From the NCBI GenBank assembly GCA_002633005.1, contig NMRA01000024.1, forward strand, positions 1,080,583-1,144,582: a DNA stretch of 64,000 bases, in the 5' to 3' direction. Shown piece after piece: positions 40,201-52,343 of this stretch. Numbering within the stretch: position 1 is the first letter of the stretch; each line of letters begins with the position of its first letter. The DNA comes from Phoronis australis. Taxonomy: Eukaryota > Animalia > Phoronida. Under the pieces are notes generated by a model. That model did not search any database. It saw only the letters and a program-made list of their open reading frames with translations, and was not told the origin of the DNA. The translations under genes and the position numbers were made by a program.

Positions 40201-43200
40201 CAAAAGCCTGTTTGATCACTGGCAATAAATCAGTGGAGTAACATGGTGATATTGCCTGCATGGCTCTGCATGTTTAGATTATCCAATGCCGGTAGTGGGA
40301 TATAGTTGAAAGAGTGATTCAGTCTTACTATCATGTTACATTATGTAACCTGTCTGAAAAAAGAGGGTGCAGTATTGATTTGACCATCCTGGCGTTCTGC
40401 TGTAAGTTTCTGCACTGGGAAGGCCTCTCCCTGGTGGTAGGGTCTCTGTGTCCAGAGGCCTGACACTAGACAAACACAGCTCATAAACAGCGGCAAACAA
40501 GACTGGACATAGGGACATTGAAAAAAGCAAATGAAATGTGTGCCAACAAACACTGGACCAGGCTCTTCAATTCAAATGATATTGAATGAAAAAATAACCC
40601 TGAGTGCGCTGCTTTGCAATCCGTATTTTCCCAGGGATTTGATTATGTAATTTTCCTCTTCAAAGAAAAAATAATTATCGCGGTTCTGTTGACAGTTGAG
40701 AGTGGCAGTTGAACAGAAAAGGAGACATTGATTTTTCGACAAAAAGCCCAGCTTAGAAAACCAGTGGGCGTGAAGAGGCTGGTTTGGAGAGTGGCCCATG
40801 GCATTTTTATCTTCACATAATATCTCTTTGTGATTTGGTAATAAGCCATTGGGTATTTTGATGAATCCTTTCATGTCCCCAACTGGACAGTCCAATTTGG
40901 GATTTGGGGGTCTCACTTCCCCCCAATGCTTCAATCAAAAAATTTTATTTTTCTGGTAAACTTTTGACACAGGCTATTGAAAATTGATTATGTTTCAAAC
41001 ATCAGTAACACCAGAGTCACAGCATTTCAGTAAATGCTGTTTTGGAATTTTGTTTTTCACAACCTTACTACTTGTGATCCCTTGGTTATAAGTGGAATCT
41101 TCCATATTACACCATCCTGCCTTAAAAATCCAATAGGTTAGTTCATTCTAAGGGGGCGTATTTTTTGACAGCTGAAAACAACTGCTTCCACTCAAGAGCT
41201 TGTAGTTATTTATGTAGATTGGATTGGCTTGTGTGCATTAGTGTGGTTACATAATATCTGAGCAATACTTTATAAAAGGGCAGATGGCCACCATTTTTAT
41301 CAGAAAGAAATGTCATTCATTTAGAGCCCTGCTCTAGAGGACACAGGCTGAAGGTGATTTTCCACAAAACTTGCCAGGTAATAGGTTTTGGGGCTTTTAT
41401 CCAGTCACATTTTCTAGATGTCCTTTCTAAGGTCAAGCTGTGATGAAACATCATGTAATGTAGGTGAAGTCTTATTGACTGAAACTCCCAGCCTAATATG
41501 GTGGGTGGTTCTCAGAAAGCCTGTGAAATTCACTTTTGGATTTTAGAGAAATGGCAGTAGTTCTAGTCAATGAATTACAAGGGTTATTATTTGATGCTTC
41601 TAATACTTACACTCTCATTATTGTTTTACTTTACATTGAAGAATTTTGCTGTTGATTTTATTGAAATTAACAAGTCGTAGGTTGATGAATAATTGAGGTA
41701 GGGGGGGTGTACTGAATTTATTGATCTGTGTGAAATTTGAAACATAACTTTGTTACACATTGATATGCTGTTCTCCACATTTTTAGGAATTTCAGTTTTG
41801 GAATATCTGTTAAGAGACCACCAATATCATTCTGCTTGGTGTTAATCTTTTTTAGAAACCTCATCATTTGGTCAATTATTCTTATCCCAAATTATCTGTG
41901 GATGATACTATAACAAAGTGGTCTTGAGCTATGAATAATTTATATGTTTACATGACTTGTGTGCACATATTCATCTGATCCAAACATCATGAGTTGGTAC
42001 TGGTGCTCTTATCATTAGTCACCAACCTGGTTTCATAGGGAGGGAATTCCAATGTCGAGTAGGCCTGCTGTTTGTTCAAAAAGCCTCAGTTCCAGTCAAG
42101 CTGGATATGTTTTCAGCCTCTGTCATTATTGCATAACCGGAGAATGAATAATCTATTTTGCCTGTGCTGGCCTAAGGGCTTTTCTGATCAATCCTGTTTT
42201 TGGGGTCGACCAGATAGCTGAGTGCAGGCAGTGTAAGAGGAGGTTGGCCATTCTCTCTTGGCCAGATTGTCAAGGCTTTCCCAGGTAGATTGGGCTGGTT
42301 TGCCAGTTTTATGATTGTTGTCTTTTCTTTGGCAGGGTTTGAGGGTGATATTGGCTGTGTCCTGCTGTTTTAGTAACTATGGCTAGTTTGACACTCTTGT
42401 GACATATGTGTCAGAAAACCTTTGTGTAGACTTTAGAGGGATTGGTGTCCTGTTTAGTGTCCTCAGTGTTAAATGTGTTAAAACTTTTTTGTGTTAAAAC
42501 TTTTTTGTAGTTTTGAAGAAAAAAGTTGTAATGTTCTGTTTGTAATGTCTTGACAAAGATTTTTGGTATGACTGTAAACTTTCGTAAATTCTGCATATTT
42601 AGTGTAATTCGTGCTCTGTGTGTCTTTTTGAACACCAGTTTTTGTTGGTGAAAATGTTTGTTCAAGTGTTTTATATGGAAATTGTTGAAATGGTAAATGA
42701 AAATGATAGCTATTAAATTCTCAAATACAAATTTAGATTTCAACAAGAATTGGATTAGATAAACCCTGGATTTGATTGAATTTGAAATTTTTTTTGTTGA
42801 ACTAAAAGTAAAAAATAATAATGGCACTTTTATTATTGAATTGAAAGTTTGATGGATTTAAAAATATTTCTTGTTTTTCAAGCTATTTTTTCTCAGATTT
42901 TTTTCTGTTAAGATGTAAACTGTTGATTGAGATAAAAACTTTATGTTGTGTATGCAATTGTTTGAGCTATAATTTTCTAGCAAACTTTTGGTTATCATAA
43001 TATTAGATAATTATTTTTAAATTATGTTGTTTTTACAAGAATATCTTTGTTTTATTTACGTGAGATTGGTCACATGCCAAAAGTTTTGTTTTTACTTTAT
43101 TTTCTTTTCTCGAAAAATATATCGAGGCAGGATTAAACTTTTTTCAAATTTCTGTTTCAAGTTTTCAGATCAAAGTTTGAACTTTTGCTTTGTTCGTGTT

Positions 43201-46200
43201 CGTTTGATTTGCGAAGACTCATTTCAGTTGCCAATCGCTTATTCATTTCCTGTCCATGGAAGCAATGTTTCACAATAGATCCCTTGTAATTTGGCTGTCT
43301 TTTTTCCAATTTACCAACTGACAGGCCATTGATGAAAGCCTTCATTACTAGTCTCCCTTTACGTAATAACAGTCACCTGGCATCCAATAAAACATTGAAT
43401 AAATAAAACATGGTTCAGATCAATAATTGCTTTTAGTTAGGCGCAGGGCTGCAAGGGCTGTGGGATGGAGGGCCCCATACCGTGGATACGAAACTATTTT
43501 TCCTATCATGTTTTCCTCCATCAGGCATCTTTTCATTTTAGAAAACGATAATTACGTAATACTTGATGTCAGTGGTCAGAACTTGACTGATTAAATTATT
43601 TATGCTTCTGCCAGTAAGTAGGTATGTTAGGGGCTTCTTTCTTTGAGCTTTCCTCTCTAATTTTTCAGCCCTTGGACCAAGCCCTAGCAATACCTGTTAT
43701 CAGCCTAATCCCTGAACTTGTTACTCCAGGACTGGTTTTTATTTACTGAGTTTCTGTTCCTTTGTTAGGGGCAGCTTATTTTGTATGCTGTCAAACCAGG
43801 GTTATGCAATATTCCATACTGTCCAATTCAATTATTCTAATTGACAGAGGCCTATTTGCCCCCAATTGTGTCATTGGTTTTTGCAAATTGCCAATTTTTA
43901 TTCAATGAAAGACCATTGGTTGTACTGTGGCAGTCTGCGTTATTTTAGTTTTGCTGCTGATTCGATGGTGTTATTTTTCATAACACCCATATTTCATTAG
44001 TGTTGCCTCTTAAAATATTGCATAACATTCCTATTTTGTTTGCTATCACAACGTCATCTAAGAAGATCCTTGTGTGTCTGACACATGATAAAAACATTTT
44101 AATGAAGTCCACGCAGGTTTCTGGGATATTTCTACTGAAAATTGATCTGTTAATTTTTTGCTTGACTTCATAAGTCAGGAAGGCTCAATTCAGGCAAGAT
44201 TTTTCACTGACAAGGACTGGAAAAGTTATGTAACTGGAATTTAAAACTGATATAAAAGTCTTGAAGATCAATACAGTAGTTTTCAAAGTAAAGTTGACGA
44301 ATTTCATCGAAATTTGTCTGGCTTCGTTGAAGTTATGGATAATATATTATTAAAAGTCAGCCTGAAATTTTTTGTTCAAAATTTCGCAGGTTTTTTATGA
44401 GAAGTTTCGTCAATTATATTTGAACAAAAAAGTATATATGGGTTTAGTTCCTTTCAAGGTAGCTATTGTAGAGAAGCATACCACGTTGTTTAGTGATTAT
44501 TAATCCAGTGTTTCGAGTATTGTTTTGGTTTATAAAAATGATTTGTTAACACTGATTTATGATTCTGGTTTAAATGTTTCAAGGCTTTATTATATATTTT
44601 CATCCGTATTTAAAAGGATAAATCCTTGAATTTCAACATAGGTCTTGAAATGTTATTGCATTGTCACAATTGACCTTGAAAAGTCCAAAAAATCTGAAAC
44701 GCGAAGACATACATTTTTGTGTTTCATTTTCATCTTGTAAACGTGCTAAAATTGCCAGTTTAAACTCTTCTCAGTTACTATGTTTCGTGTAAGTTAAGAC
44801 TTGAAAAGTTCTTGAATTGCATGCAGAATGTTGCTGAGAAATACTCGACTGTAGTGAGCAGAATTCTGCATGAACCATGTATGTTTAAAAAGTACAGCAA
44901 AATGTAAATTATCTACACTTTGACAACTGCCACCAATATTTTGCCTGTCCCCTCTTGGCTGGATTGATGTAAGAGCCAAAGTTGCTGAGAAGGGAAATGG
45001 TTTCTGCCATAGTTTCTGCATGATTGCCCAGGATTAGCCAAATGTGTGAAGTGTTGGATCAGTACTGCCAGTCCCAGCCCTCCTTCTTTTTGTGCCTTCC
45101 CTCCACACCTGTCCTGGTTATAAGCTGTAACTTCAGGTAAACCCCTATTGTTCTGACACTAAGCTCCAGCTGTGTTAGCACTAACTGGCCTGTCTTTTAT
45201 TCCCTTGAAAAACCTGGGCATAAATTTTCCTTTGTAAACTTGGTTGGCTTATCCACTCTGTGTCTGTTGTTTGTGGATGCACCTCAGTAACAGATGTGGC
45301 AACTTGCCACTAATTGAAGTTATAATATATCTAGAGAATTACCAGCCTGACTGTGGCTCAACGTTTCAGTCATAAATTTTGATTTGTAATTTTAAATTAG
45401 TGTTGTTTCCACGTTTTAAGTGGGCTGAACACTGTGTTGTATAGTGACGACATTCCTTTAGCTTAGTTGGTTTGTTTTTTCAAAATCAGGATGGCAATAA
45501 GAAAAAATTACAGTATTAGCACTTAAATTTGTTGCTTTAAAGTTTTGTCAACTTGTGAAAATGTACTGTGCTACTGTACTCTAAATGAAATGGTGAACTA
45601 TTTGGATTTGAATGTCAACGGCATTCCAGATCGCTTCCAAGTAATCTAGTGTTTATACTTCCTGAAAAATTCTCTCATATCCTGTTTTAGTAATTGAACA
45701 AAATTTAATTTTTGTTTGTTGCATAACTTCCCTTTGCACTATAGAAAAAGGTGTTTGATTTTCAGCTCAGCCTACATTGTTACATAATTTCCTTGCAGTG
45801 TAGTTCCCCCTGAAAGTCCTTTGGCATGAGCTGTTTTTTAAATGCCTTTAAAACGCTGCACTGGGATCGACCCCACTCTACTTCGTGGTGTTCAATAGAG
45901 TGGAGGAGTTATATAATTCTTTTCTATACGAGCTCTGGTGTTGGAAAAAATATCGATAAAGCTGTTTTCATAGAGTCAATAGGCTTTTATGCGTCTTATT
46001 TTTACATTATTCAAGTTCAAAAATTTTCTGCACGGTAGGCATGGGTTATGCAACTTTTTTCTGGAGTGGTCAGCAGTCTGGTCTGAAAACTGAAATATCT
46101 GCTGGGAAGCCAGCACTTCTGTGGGCTGTGTTTATTTAAAGGTCTATTTGCTTTGGGTTTTAAGTTTGTACTTTGGAATTTTTGATAGGGCCTGTTACGT

Positions 46201-47606
46201 AACAATTTGACAAGCCCGGATTTTTTGGCTTGGCTTGGCTATTCCACCTAATGGTTTGGTCTAGGCAGCTGCCTCTAGTGATGGGATAATTTGACTTAAG
46301 CCGTTCCTCTGAAGTTGGTCACGTGATTTGTTTTAACTATCTTTTAGAGTTACCTAAGAAGAAGTCTTATTTCTGTTTAGGTACTGCTGTTATCTTAATT
46401 TTCAGGATTATTTTGGCATTCCTTTCTGCTGAGGTGCTGTGCTGTTTTTGATTAGGTGAAGATAATGTCTCTCAACAGAGGTCACTCTGCTCTTTTAAAA
46501 CACAGCTGGTGTTTTTATAAGATTTTAATTAATTTGTTGAAATTGAATGTAATGCATTTCGGTTGTTTGATTGGATTCATCATTAGATCGAATGAAATGT
46601 GTGTGTGTGTTATTATGATTATTTTTGGTGGCAGTAAGACGAGGATTTAGCACAGTTTTTATAATTACTGAATTTGTTTTTGTTTGCCTAGTATTGGATG
46701 TGGAGAGTTCCTGTTGTGAACTTTGACTCTGAGTTAATAATAGTGTACAAGATACCATAGATAAGATAGTTGTCCAAAGTTTTGTTTACAAAGCATATAA
46801 GTCCTGTGGGTGTAGTGTACTTTTTATGACAGGCCTTGCATCTTTTATTATCCAGTAACTGTTATTACCTGTATGTTAAAGTTGGATCTGCAATGCATGT
46901 AGGAATTTCTTAAGACATTGTTGCTTGGTATTGAGAAAGTGCAACTGTATGAGCAATACTGCAATCAAATTTGAAATTTAATCTCTGAGAGAAAATATCA
47001 ATACAATTGTTCATTTATGTGGATATGATTTACCAAGTATTTCTCATAACTGTTAATAATATTTTTATTTCTTTTGTTGCTAGGATACAATAACTTAGGA
47101 TGGAGTTTGTGGTTTCAACAGTTTCTCATCTCTACAGTGAATAAAAACTTGTCAATTTTGAATGCCAGGTTAACAATTTTGACAAGAAGTTAGCCTTAGG
47201 ATTATTACAGTAACAATTTTTTTTCGGTTTGGACACGATATGGCAGTCCTGTTCAATTTCATTTTATTAAATGTCTCAACAAAAATAACTTTTCAAGACA
47301 ATTTACTTTGCTTTTAACATGGTTTGCATGGGGTGGCTATTGCTTAACAACATTTGGTAAAATTTTGAGCATTTGCAATTATGAATGTGGCAAGTCTTTG
47401 GAAAATATGTATGGCAATTTTACAATTAGTTTTGTCTCTGATAGGAGAATTTTTTCTATTGATGAAATTCAAATTGTTGCAAGTATTCTTTTGCTAGCCC
47501 GCAACCAACATTTGAGACCCCTACTCCGACAACTATCATATTGATTGGGACATATCTAAATTTTTCAGCCTTTTGCATTCACAGTATGTTATCTTGTCTT
47601 TTTCAG

Positions 47607-47637
47607 GTGGCGTGATATTATGTAAAGAAGCTGAGTT
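47607..47637 (+). other. hb: 5'UTR part of the first coding exon of hunchback (splice acceptor AG 47605-47606), containing a start-stop uORF ATGTAA at 47620-47625
   Basis: Polypyrimidine tract TCTTGTCTTTTTCAG|G. The in-frame TAA at 47623-47625 precedes ATG 47638, so any upstream exons are non-coding in this frame. Confidence 0.75.
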
Positions 47638-48253
47638 ATGATGTCCGTTGAATCTATCCAGCAGCATTCATTTGAAACGAAACTAGATCGTATGCACCCA
47701 CTACAGAAGCCGGTAGAAAACTACTACGCTCCTTCGACTGACAAAAACAGCAGTAGCAACAATAGTATGCTGCTCTCCGAAAATGGTGAAGAAAATGCCG
47801 GGAGCGACACATCTGCTACCCGACCTGCGTCTGCTCCACTACAACCAGCTACGGTGGTGACACCTACTGGAGACTTCGAAGATGAGTCAAAGCCACGGGA
47901 AAGTGCAATCAATGACAGTGAGGCTCAGGCAACTGGGTCTGGTGAATCGGATAAAGCAGATTACAAAATTGACTTGGAGAAACCCGACGACTATGACGAC
48001 ATGATGCCGTCTCCAGATCTGTCGGGAAGTATCCACTCCGAGGCAGCCATGTCTCCGCGTAGTGGGAGCGGGAGCAGCCCGGCACTGGCTGCCGAGATGT
48101 TGTCGCACTCGTCGACCCCAGAACACATGCGGAACTTGGACCAAAATAAAGTGGATGAAAATTCAATGAGCAATGACTGGAACGAGGATGCGTCGACAAC
48201 TGTGGATGCTGATGGAAAGGAGACATATTACTGTCACTTGTGCAGTTACTCAG
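47638..48253 (+). CDS. hb: Hunchback coding exon 1 (Ser/Asp-rich N-terminus and first half of N-terminal finger 1)
   Basis: ORF MMSVESIQ...YYCHLCSYS(G); phase-1 donor G|GTAAAA at 48254 joins exon 2 in frame to complete CxxC...HxxxH. Confidence 0.9.
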
Positions 48254-48696
48254 GTAAAAGCTAATTAATGCATTTGTAATCTGTGTATCAATAATAGTTA
48301 ATACTCTATTAAAATTATGACATTTGTAATTTTTCTATGTTGCCATTAATTATTTTCGTAAAGTAAAGATTTTAGGTTGTGTCAAAAGTGTAAAGTAAGT
48401 GTGCCATTTCTGTACTCGGGTGTAAGTGAATTAACAATTAATAATCTATAGGTGTTGATAACTACTAGTGATGTTAACTTGGTGGATTGTCAATTAAAGA
48501 CTCTTTTCCTTTTTTAAGTTTTTGCTGTAGTCAGTCAGGATGCGTAACTTTAAAAATGTTAGTTATTATTAATGCTAACGTAAAATTAATGTTTATTAAT
48601 GTTCATGCTATTAGTTTGAGAAAACTTTTTGTGTAGAACAAGGTTGGTGTCGTGAAACAATAGACATCACATTCACATGTTCTTGTTACGTTTCAG

Positions 48697-48929
48697 GGAA
48701 CTCCAAATTCCATTTCAACTCCCACATGAACAGCCATTTTGAGCACCATTGCCAGCACTGTGACTACACCTCACGCACCGAGGGTCGTCTTAAACGACAC
48801 ATCAAAGACTTCCACAGTCAGGTCCCACCCCCAAACTATTCTGGTCAGGCGAGAATCATTCGCAATGGTAACGTGGGCCGTCCCAAGATCTACAGGTGCA
48901 AGCAATGTGAATTCATTTCTCAGACAAAG
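48697..48929 (+). CDS. hb: Hunchback coding exon 2 (end of N-finger 1, N-finger 2, first half of middle finger 1)
   Basis: Acceptor TTTCAG at 48691-48696; reads (G)NSKFHFNSHMNSHFEHHCQHCDYTSRTEGRLKRHIKDFH...YRCKQCEFISQTK; phase-0 donor AAG|GTGAGA at 48930. Confidence 0.93.
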
Positions 48930-50421
48930 GTGAGAATAGTGTTATCAGTTCAGAATCCCCAGTTTATTTGCAAGAAAGGGTGTCGCTCAGGACATCCTAT
49001 ATTTCCACCCTCACTCTGGGTGTCTTCACTTAAAGTAAGGGTAGATTGGAAGTTGGAAGCAACTACTATTCTGTTAGTAAATTAACCTTGTGCATCTTCA
49101 CGGTAACAAAGCTGTGGAAAACCTGTTTCAATTGTAGAACTGTAACATGTTGTCTAACTAAAACTATTTTTAGGCAGTTCTCGATCTCTTTCGTTTTACA
49201 TGACACTTTCAGCGGTTGTTGGTTTTGTTTGGATCTGAGTCATTCGGCTGCAGCGGTGCTGCTTGCAAACAAAACTTTTTTTCCGTAAACACTCGCGAAA
49301 AATCAAGATCTTACAAAACCACTAGATACATAAAAGTCAAATGTTTTGCGAGTATACTAGATACCTTGCTCTTGATGATTAGGTTGTTTTGTACCCTGGC
49401 AATACAGCAGCTACTAAGATGATTGGGTTGTTAGAGTTGGAATGTTAAATTATGGGAGAGAATTTATCATTTCTGTTCCAAAAGCAGATTGCTTGCTGCA
49501 AGTCGAGGGTCATTTGAAAAAAGGTGGTCTTAAATCTACCATCCTGTTTGGAGAGCCTATGTGTCGCATTATTATTTTCTGTCCTTTTTGTGTTCAACTG
49601 TTGAAGGGGCAACATGTTAGTGAATGTGATTTCATCTACCACCACCGTCCGTTGCATGCCGACAAGTGAGAGTTCTAAATGGCGGAACTGCTTTCCAGTT
49701 TCACCAAACACGTAAATCCACTGTTGGGATATGTTTTTTCACAATGTGCTGGGCTCCATATCTCTGATATTGTTGCTGTGTCAGCAACATTAGTTTTCAT
49801 TATCTGCTCTGCATTGTAATTTGTTGCTACGTTGGACTTCTGATGCAGTATATATTGTTCAAGAGAAACCCAAGCATGGTTAAGACACAAATTTAAAACC
49901 AGAGCTTAGTAATTCGAGTATGTCAATGAAAATTTTTATGCACCTGTGATGCGGGCCGTACTCATTAATTATTCGTGCAAGTACATGTACCGAGGGCCTG
50001 CATAATGCACCTCTAGTGGTTCTGTATGTGAAACTATGCACCAGACAAAGCATCATGTGATCAATTTGTTTTTGTCGAATTAGTTTGCCTATGCTAAAAT
50101 CTCACCAATTTAGGACTCGATATGGCACACAAGCGAAACTTCTTTTTTTCATTAAATGTTATGTAGAACCAAATGAATGTTTTTCATGTTCAAACTCTGT
50201 ATGATAGCAACCAACAGACAGTTGTTCGAAAATTTATCGGCGTATCAAACAATGTCAGAAGGCTTTGAAAATTGAAAAAATGGTAGTTTTGGCAAGTATT
50301 CTTGTTCGAAATTGACGAGATTTTACTGCACAAATTCTAGCGCCTTCAGTAATATCTCCAGAAGATAATCTTTTGATCCTTAAGGATTGCTCCATTATAC
50401 TAATGTTCGTCCGTGTTACAG

Positions 50422-52287
50422 GAGGAGTTCTGGGAACATGCCCGTACACACATTAAGGAGGACAAGATCCTGCAATGTCCCAAGTGTCCTTTCGTCACCG
50501 AGTACAAGCACCACCTGGAGTATCACCTGCGCAACCACTTCGGCTCGAAGCCGTTCAAGTGCAGCAAGTGTAATTACTCGTGCGTCAACAAGTCCATGCT
50601 CAACAGTCACATGAAGTCACACACCAACATCTACCAGTTTCGATGCGCCGACTGCACCTACGCCACCAAATATTGCCACAGTCTCAAACTCCACCTGCGC
50701 AAGTACAATCACAAGCCGGCGTCTGTGCTGAACCTTGACGGCACCGTCGATGAGACGTATGACTGCACGTCACTGCTGTCGCCCAAGCGCGGTCCCCCAC
50801 GCGGACCTCGCGGCCCACGTAAGGACAAGATGGACATCTCGCCACCGCACCCACCTAACAGCATGATGTCACTCGCCCCTCCACTCGTTCGGCCGCCGAA
50901 CATACTCCCAAGCCATTATTGGCCAGTCCAGAATGGCATTCACATTCCCCCACCCCCTCTCATTCCAGTTTCCACAGGTCTTTCATCTCTACAGGCACAG
51001 ATGTTCCACGGCAATAGTCAGTCTGGCCAGCCCAACATGTTTCGTTGCACCGTCTGCGGGTTTAAGTCGGATTACAAGGACGAGCTGAGCCGGCACATGT
51101 TGACTGTGCACGCGCGCGAGAATCAAGATTTGTTCGGCATGTTTGGCATCAACTCAGAGGCTCTGATGGAAGAGCATCTGAAGAAGGTACAATCCCCAGA
51201 GCACCATCAGCAGCAACACAACCAGCAGCAACAGCAGATGATGGAGAGACGTGGCTCACTACACGTGCGCACAGAACACGACGGTCAGATGATGCGGCCT
51301 GGCCCTACCTCATGGCCCCTCGTTCACGCTGGAGACAGTCAGGCTGACACCAAACCTCATCCGACCGCAAGTTTGCCAGAGTTGTACTCCGAGAAAGGCC
51401 TATCTGCGGAGCAAGGCATGGCAAACAAACCGACCAAAGAAATCCCACTTGATCTTACCAAGCCCAAAGGTATGGAGTTTGCAATGCAGTATCAGAACCA
51501 GCAGACCAGCTACCAGGCAGACGAGGGTCTCGGCACTGGTGACGAAGATTCTCAGAATGCATGGGCATCTGACCAGGCTCGGCGCAACCGTCGTAAGGGG
51601 CGAGCCTTCAAGCTGGATGCACTCTGTCTCAAACTGCAGGAGAAGTGTGACAATGCAGGTGAGCTTGTTGAGGAAGAAGGTCATGGCGGGGAGGCTAACG
51701 AATCGGAGACACCCATCATGTCCATGTCAACGCCTATCATGACGAAGAGTGACTCACGGGAGAGCCAAAAGGACGAGAATCACAATGGAAAATCAGCCAT
51801 CAACTACTCCGCCATTCACGACAGCCTAAGCAAGTTGAACAATGAGCCGGAGGTGTTCCAGCATAAGAAGTACCGCTATGGTCCCGCTGCCTCTGAGGCT
51901 GATGAACGACAGCGGATGATGCATGCCTTCAGCGAGCAGCAGAGAGCTCTGCAGTTCATGCAGCAGACAGGACGCAACTTTGTCATGATGCCTGGTGTGT
52001 CAATGGCCAGTGGCGCCGCTAGTGGTGTGCGTGTGTATCCTCAGCATCAGCAACCGATCAACGGTGTGGCGGTTGCCAACAAGCCTAGTGACGGCCAGGC
52101 AGGGGACAAGCCAAAGGAGAGTTATGAGTGCCACCACTGCGACATCGCCTTCCGCGATTGCATCATGTACACCATGCACATGGGTTACCATGGTTACCAG
52201 AACCCATTCAAATGTAACATGTGTGGACATGAGGCTAAGGACAAGGTAGACTTCTTCTTGCACATTGCAAGAGTTGCCCATGCTTGA
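50422..52287 (+). CDS. hb: Hunchback coding exon 3 (middle fingers, C-box, extra finger, PLDLT, basic box, two C-terminal dimerization fingers)
   Basis: Acceptor TTACAG ending at 50421. Diagnostic Hb sequences: [92 protein letters not shown]. Joined CDS is 2715 nt, 904 aa. Confidence 0.97.
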   Translation, partial: EEFWEHARTHIKEDKILQCPKCPFVTEYKHHLEYHLRNHFGSKPFKCSKCNYSCVNKSMLNSHMKSHTNIYQFRCADCTYATKYCHSLKLHLRKYNHKPASVLNLDGTVDETYDCTSLLSPKRGPPRGPRGPRKDKMDISPPHPPNSMMSLAPPLVRPPNILPSHYWPVQNGIHIPPPPLIPVSTGLSSLQAQMFHGNSQSGQPNMFRCTVCGFKSDYKDELSRHMLTVHARENQDLFGMFGINSEALMEEHLKKVQSPEHHQQQHNQQQQQMMERRGSLHVRTEHDGQMMRPGPTSWPLVHAGDSQADTKPHPTASLPELYSEKGLSAEQGMANKPTKEIPLDLTKPKGMEFAMQYQNQQTSYQADEGLGTGDEDSQNAWASDQARRNRRKGRAFKLDALCLKLQEKCDNAGELVEEEGHGGEANESETPIMSMSTPIMTKSDSRESQKDENHNGKSAINYSAIHDSLSKLNNEPEVFQHKKYRYGPAASEADERQRMMHAFSEQQRALQFMQQTGRNFVMMPGVSMASGAASGVRVYPQHQQPINGVAVANKPSDGQAGDKPKESYECHHCDIAFRDCIMYTMHMGYHGYQNPFKCNMCGHEAKDKVDFFLHIARVAHA

Positions 52288-52336
52288 TGAGCAAGTCTGT
52301 TTAGTGACTGGACTATTTAATATTGTGGCAACAATA

Positions 52337-52343
52337 TACCTCA
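52337..52343 (+). promoter_or_regulatory. let-7 family 7mer-A1 target site
   Basis: TACCTCA, with upstream GCAAC able to pair in register with let-7 nt 12-16. Confidence 0.5.

Noticed and set aside
42411-42827. 138-aa minus-strand ORF
   Set aside because: K/N/F/I-biased product of AT-rich DNA with no domain features.
47724-48226. Antisense ORFs over hb exon 1 (and similar ones over exon 3)
   Set aside because: Shadow ORFs of GC-richer coding sequence with no recognisable domains.
48930-49085. ORF continuing past exon 2 (VRIVLSVQ...)
   Set aside because: Read-through into the intron after a good GTGAGA donor; the finger is completed only by exon 3.
52285-52290. Stop-codon read-through of hb
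   Set aside because: The tandem in-frame TGATGA blocks any extension.
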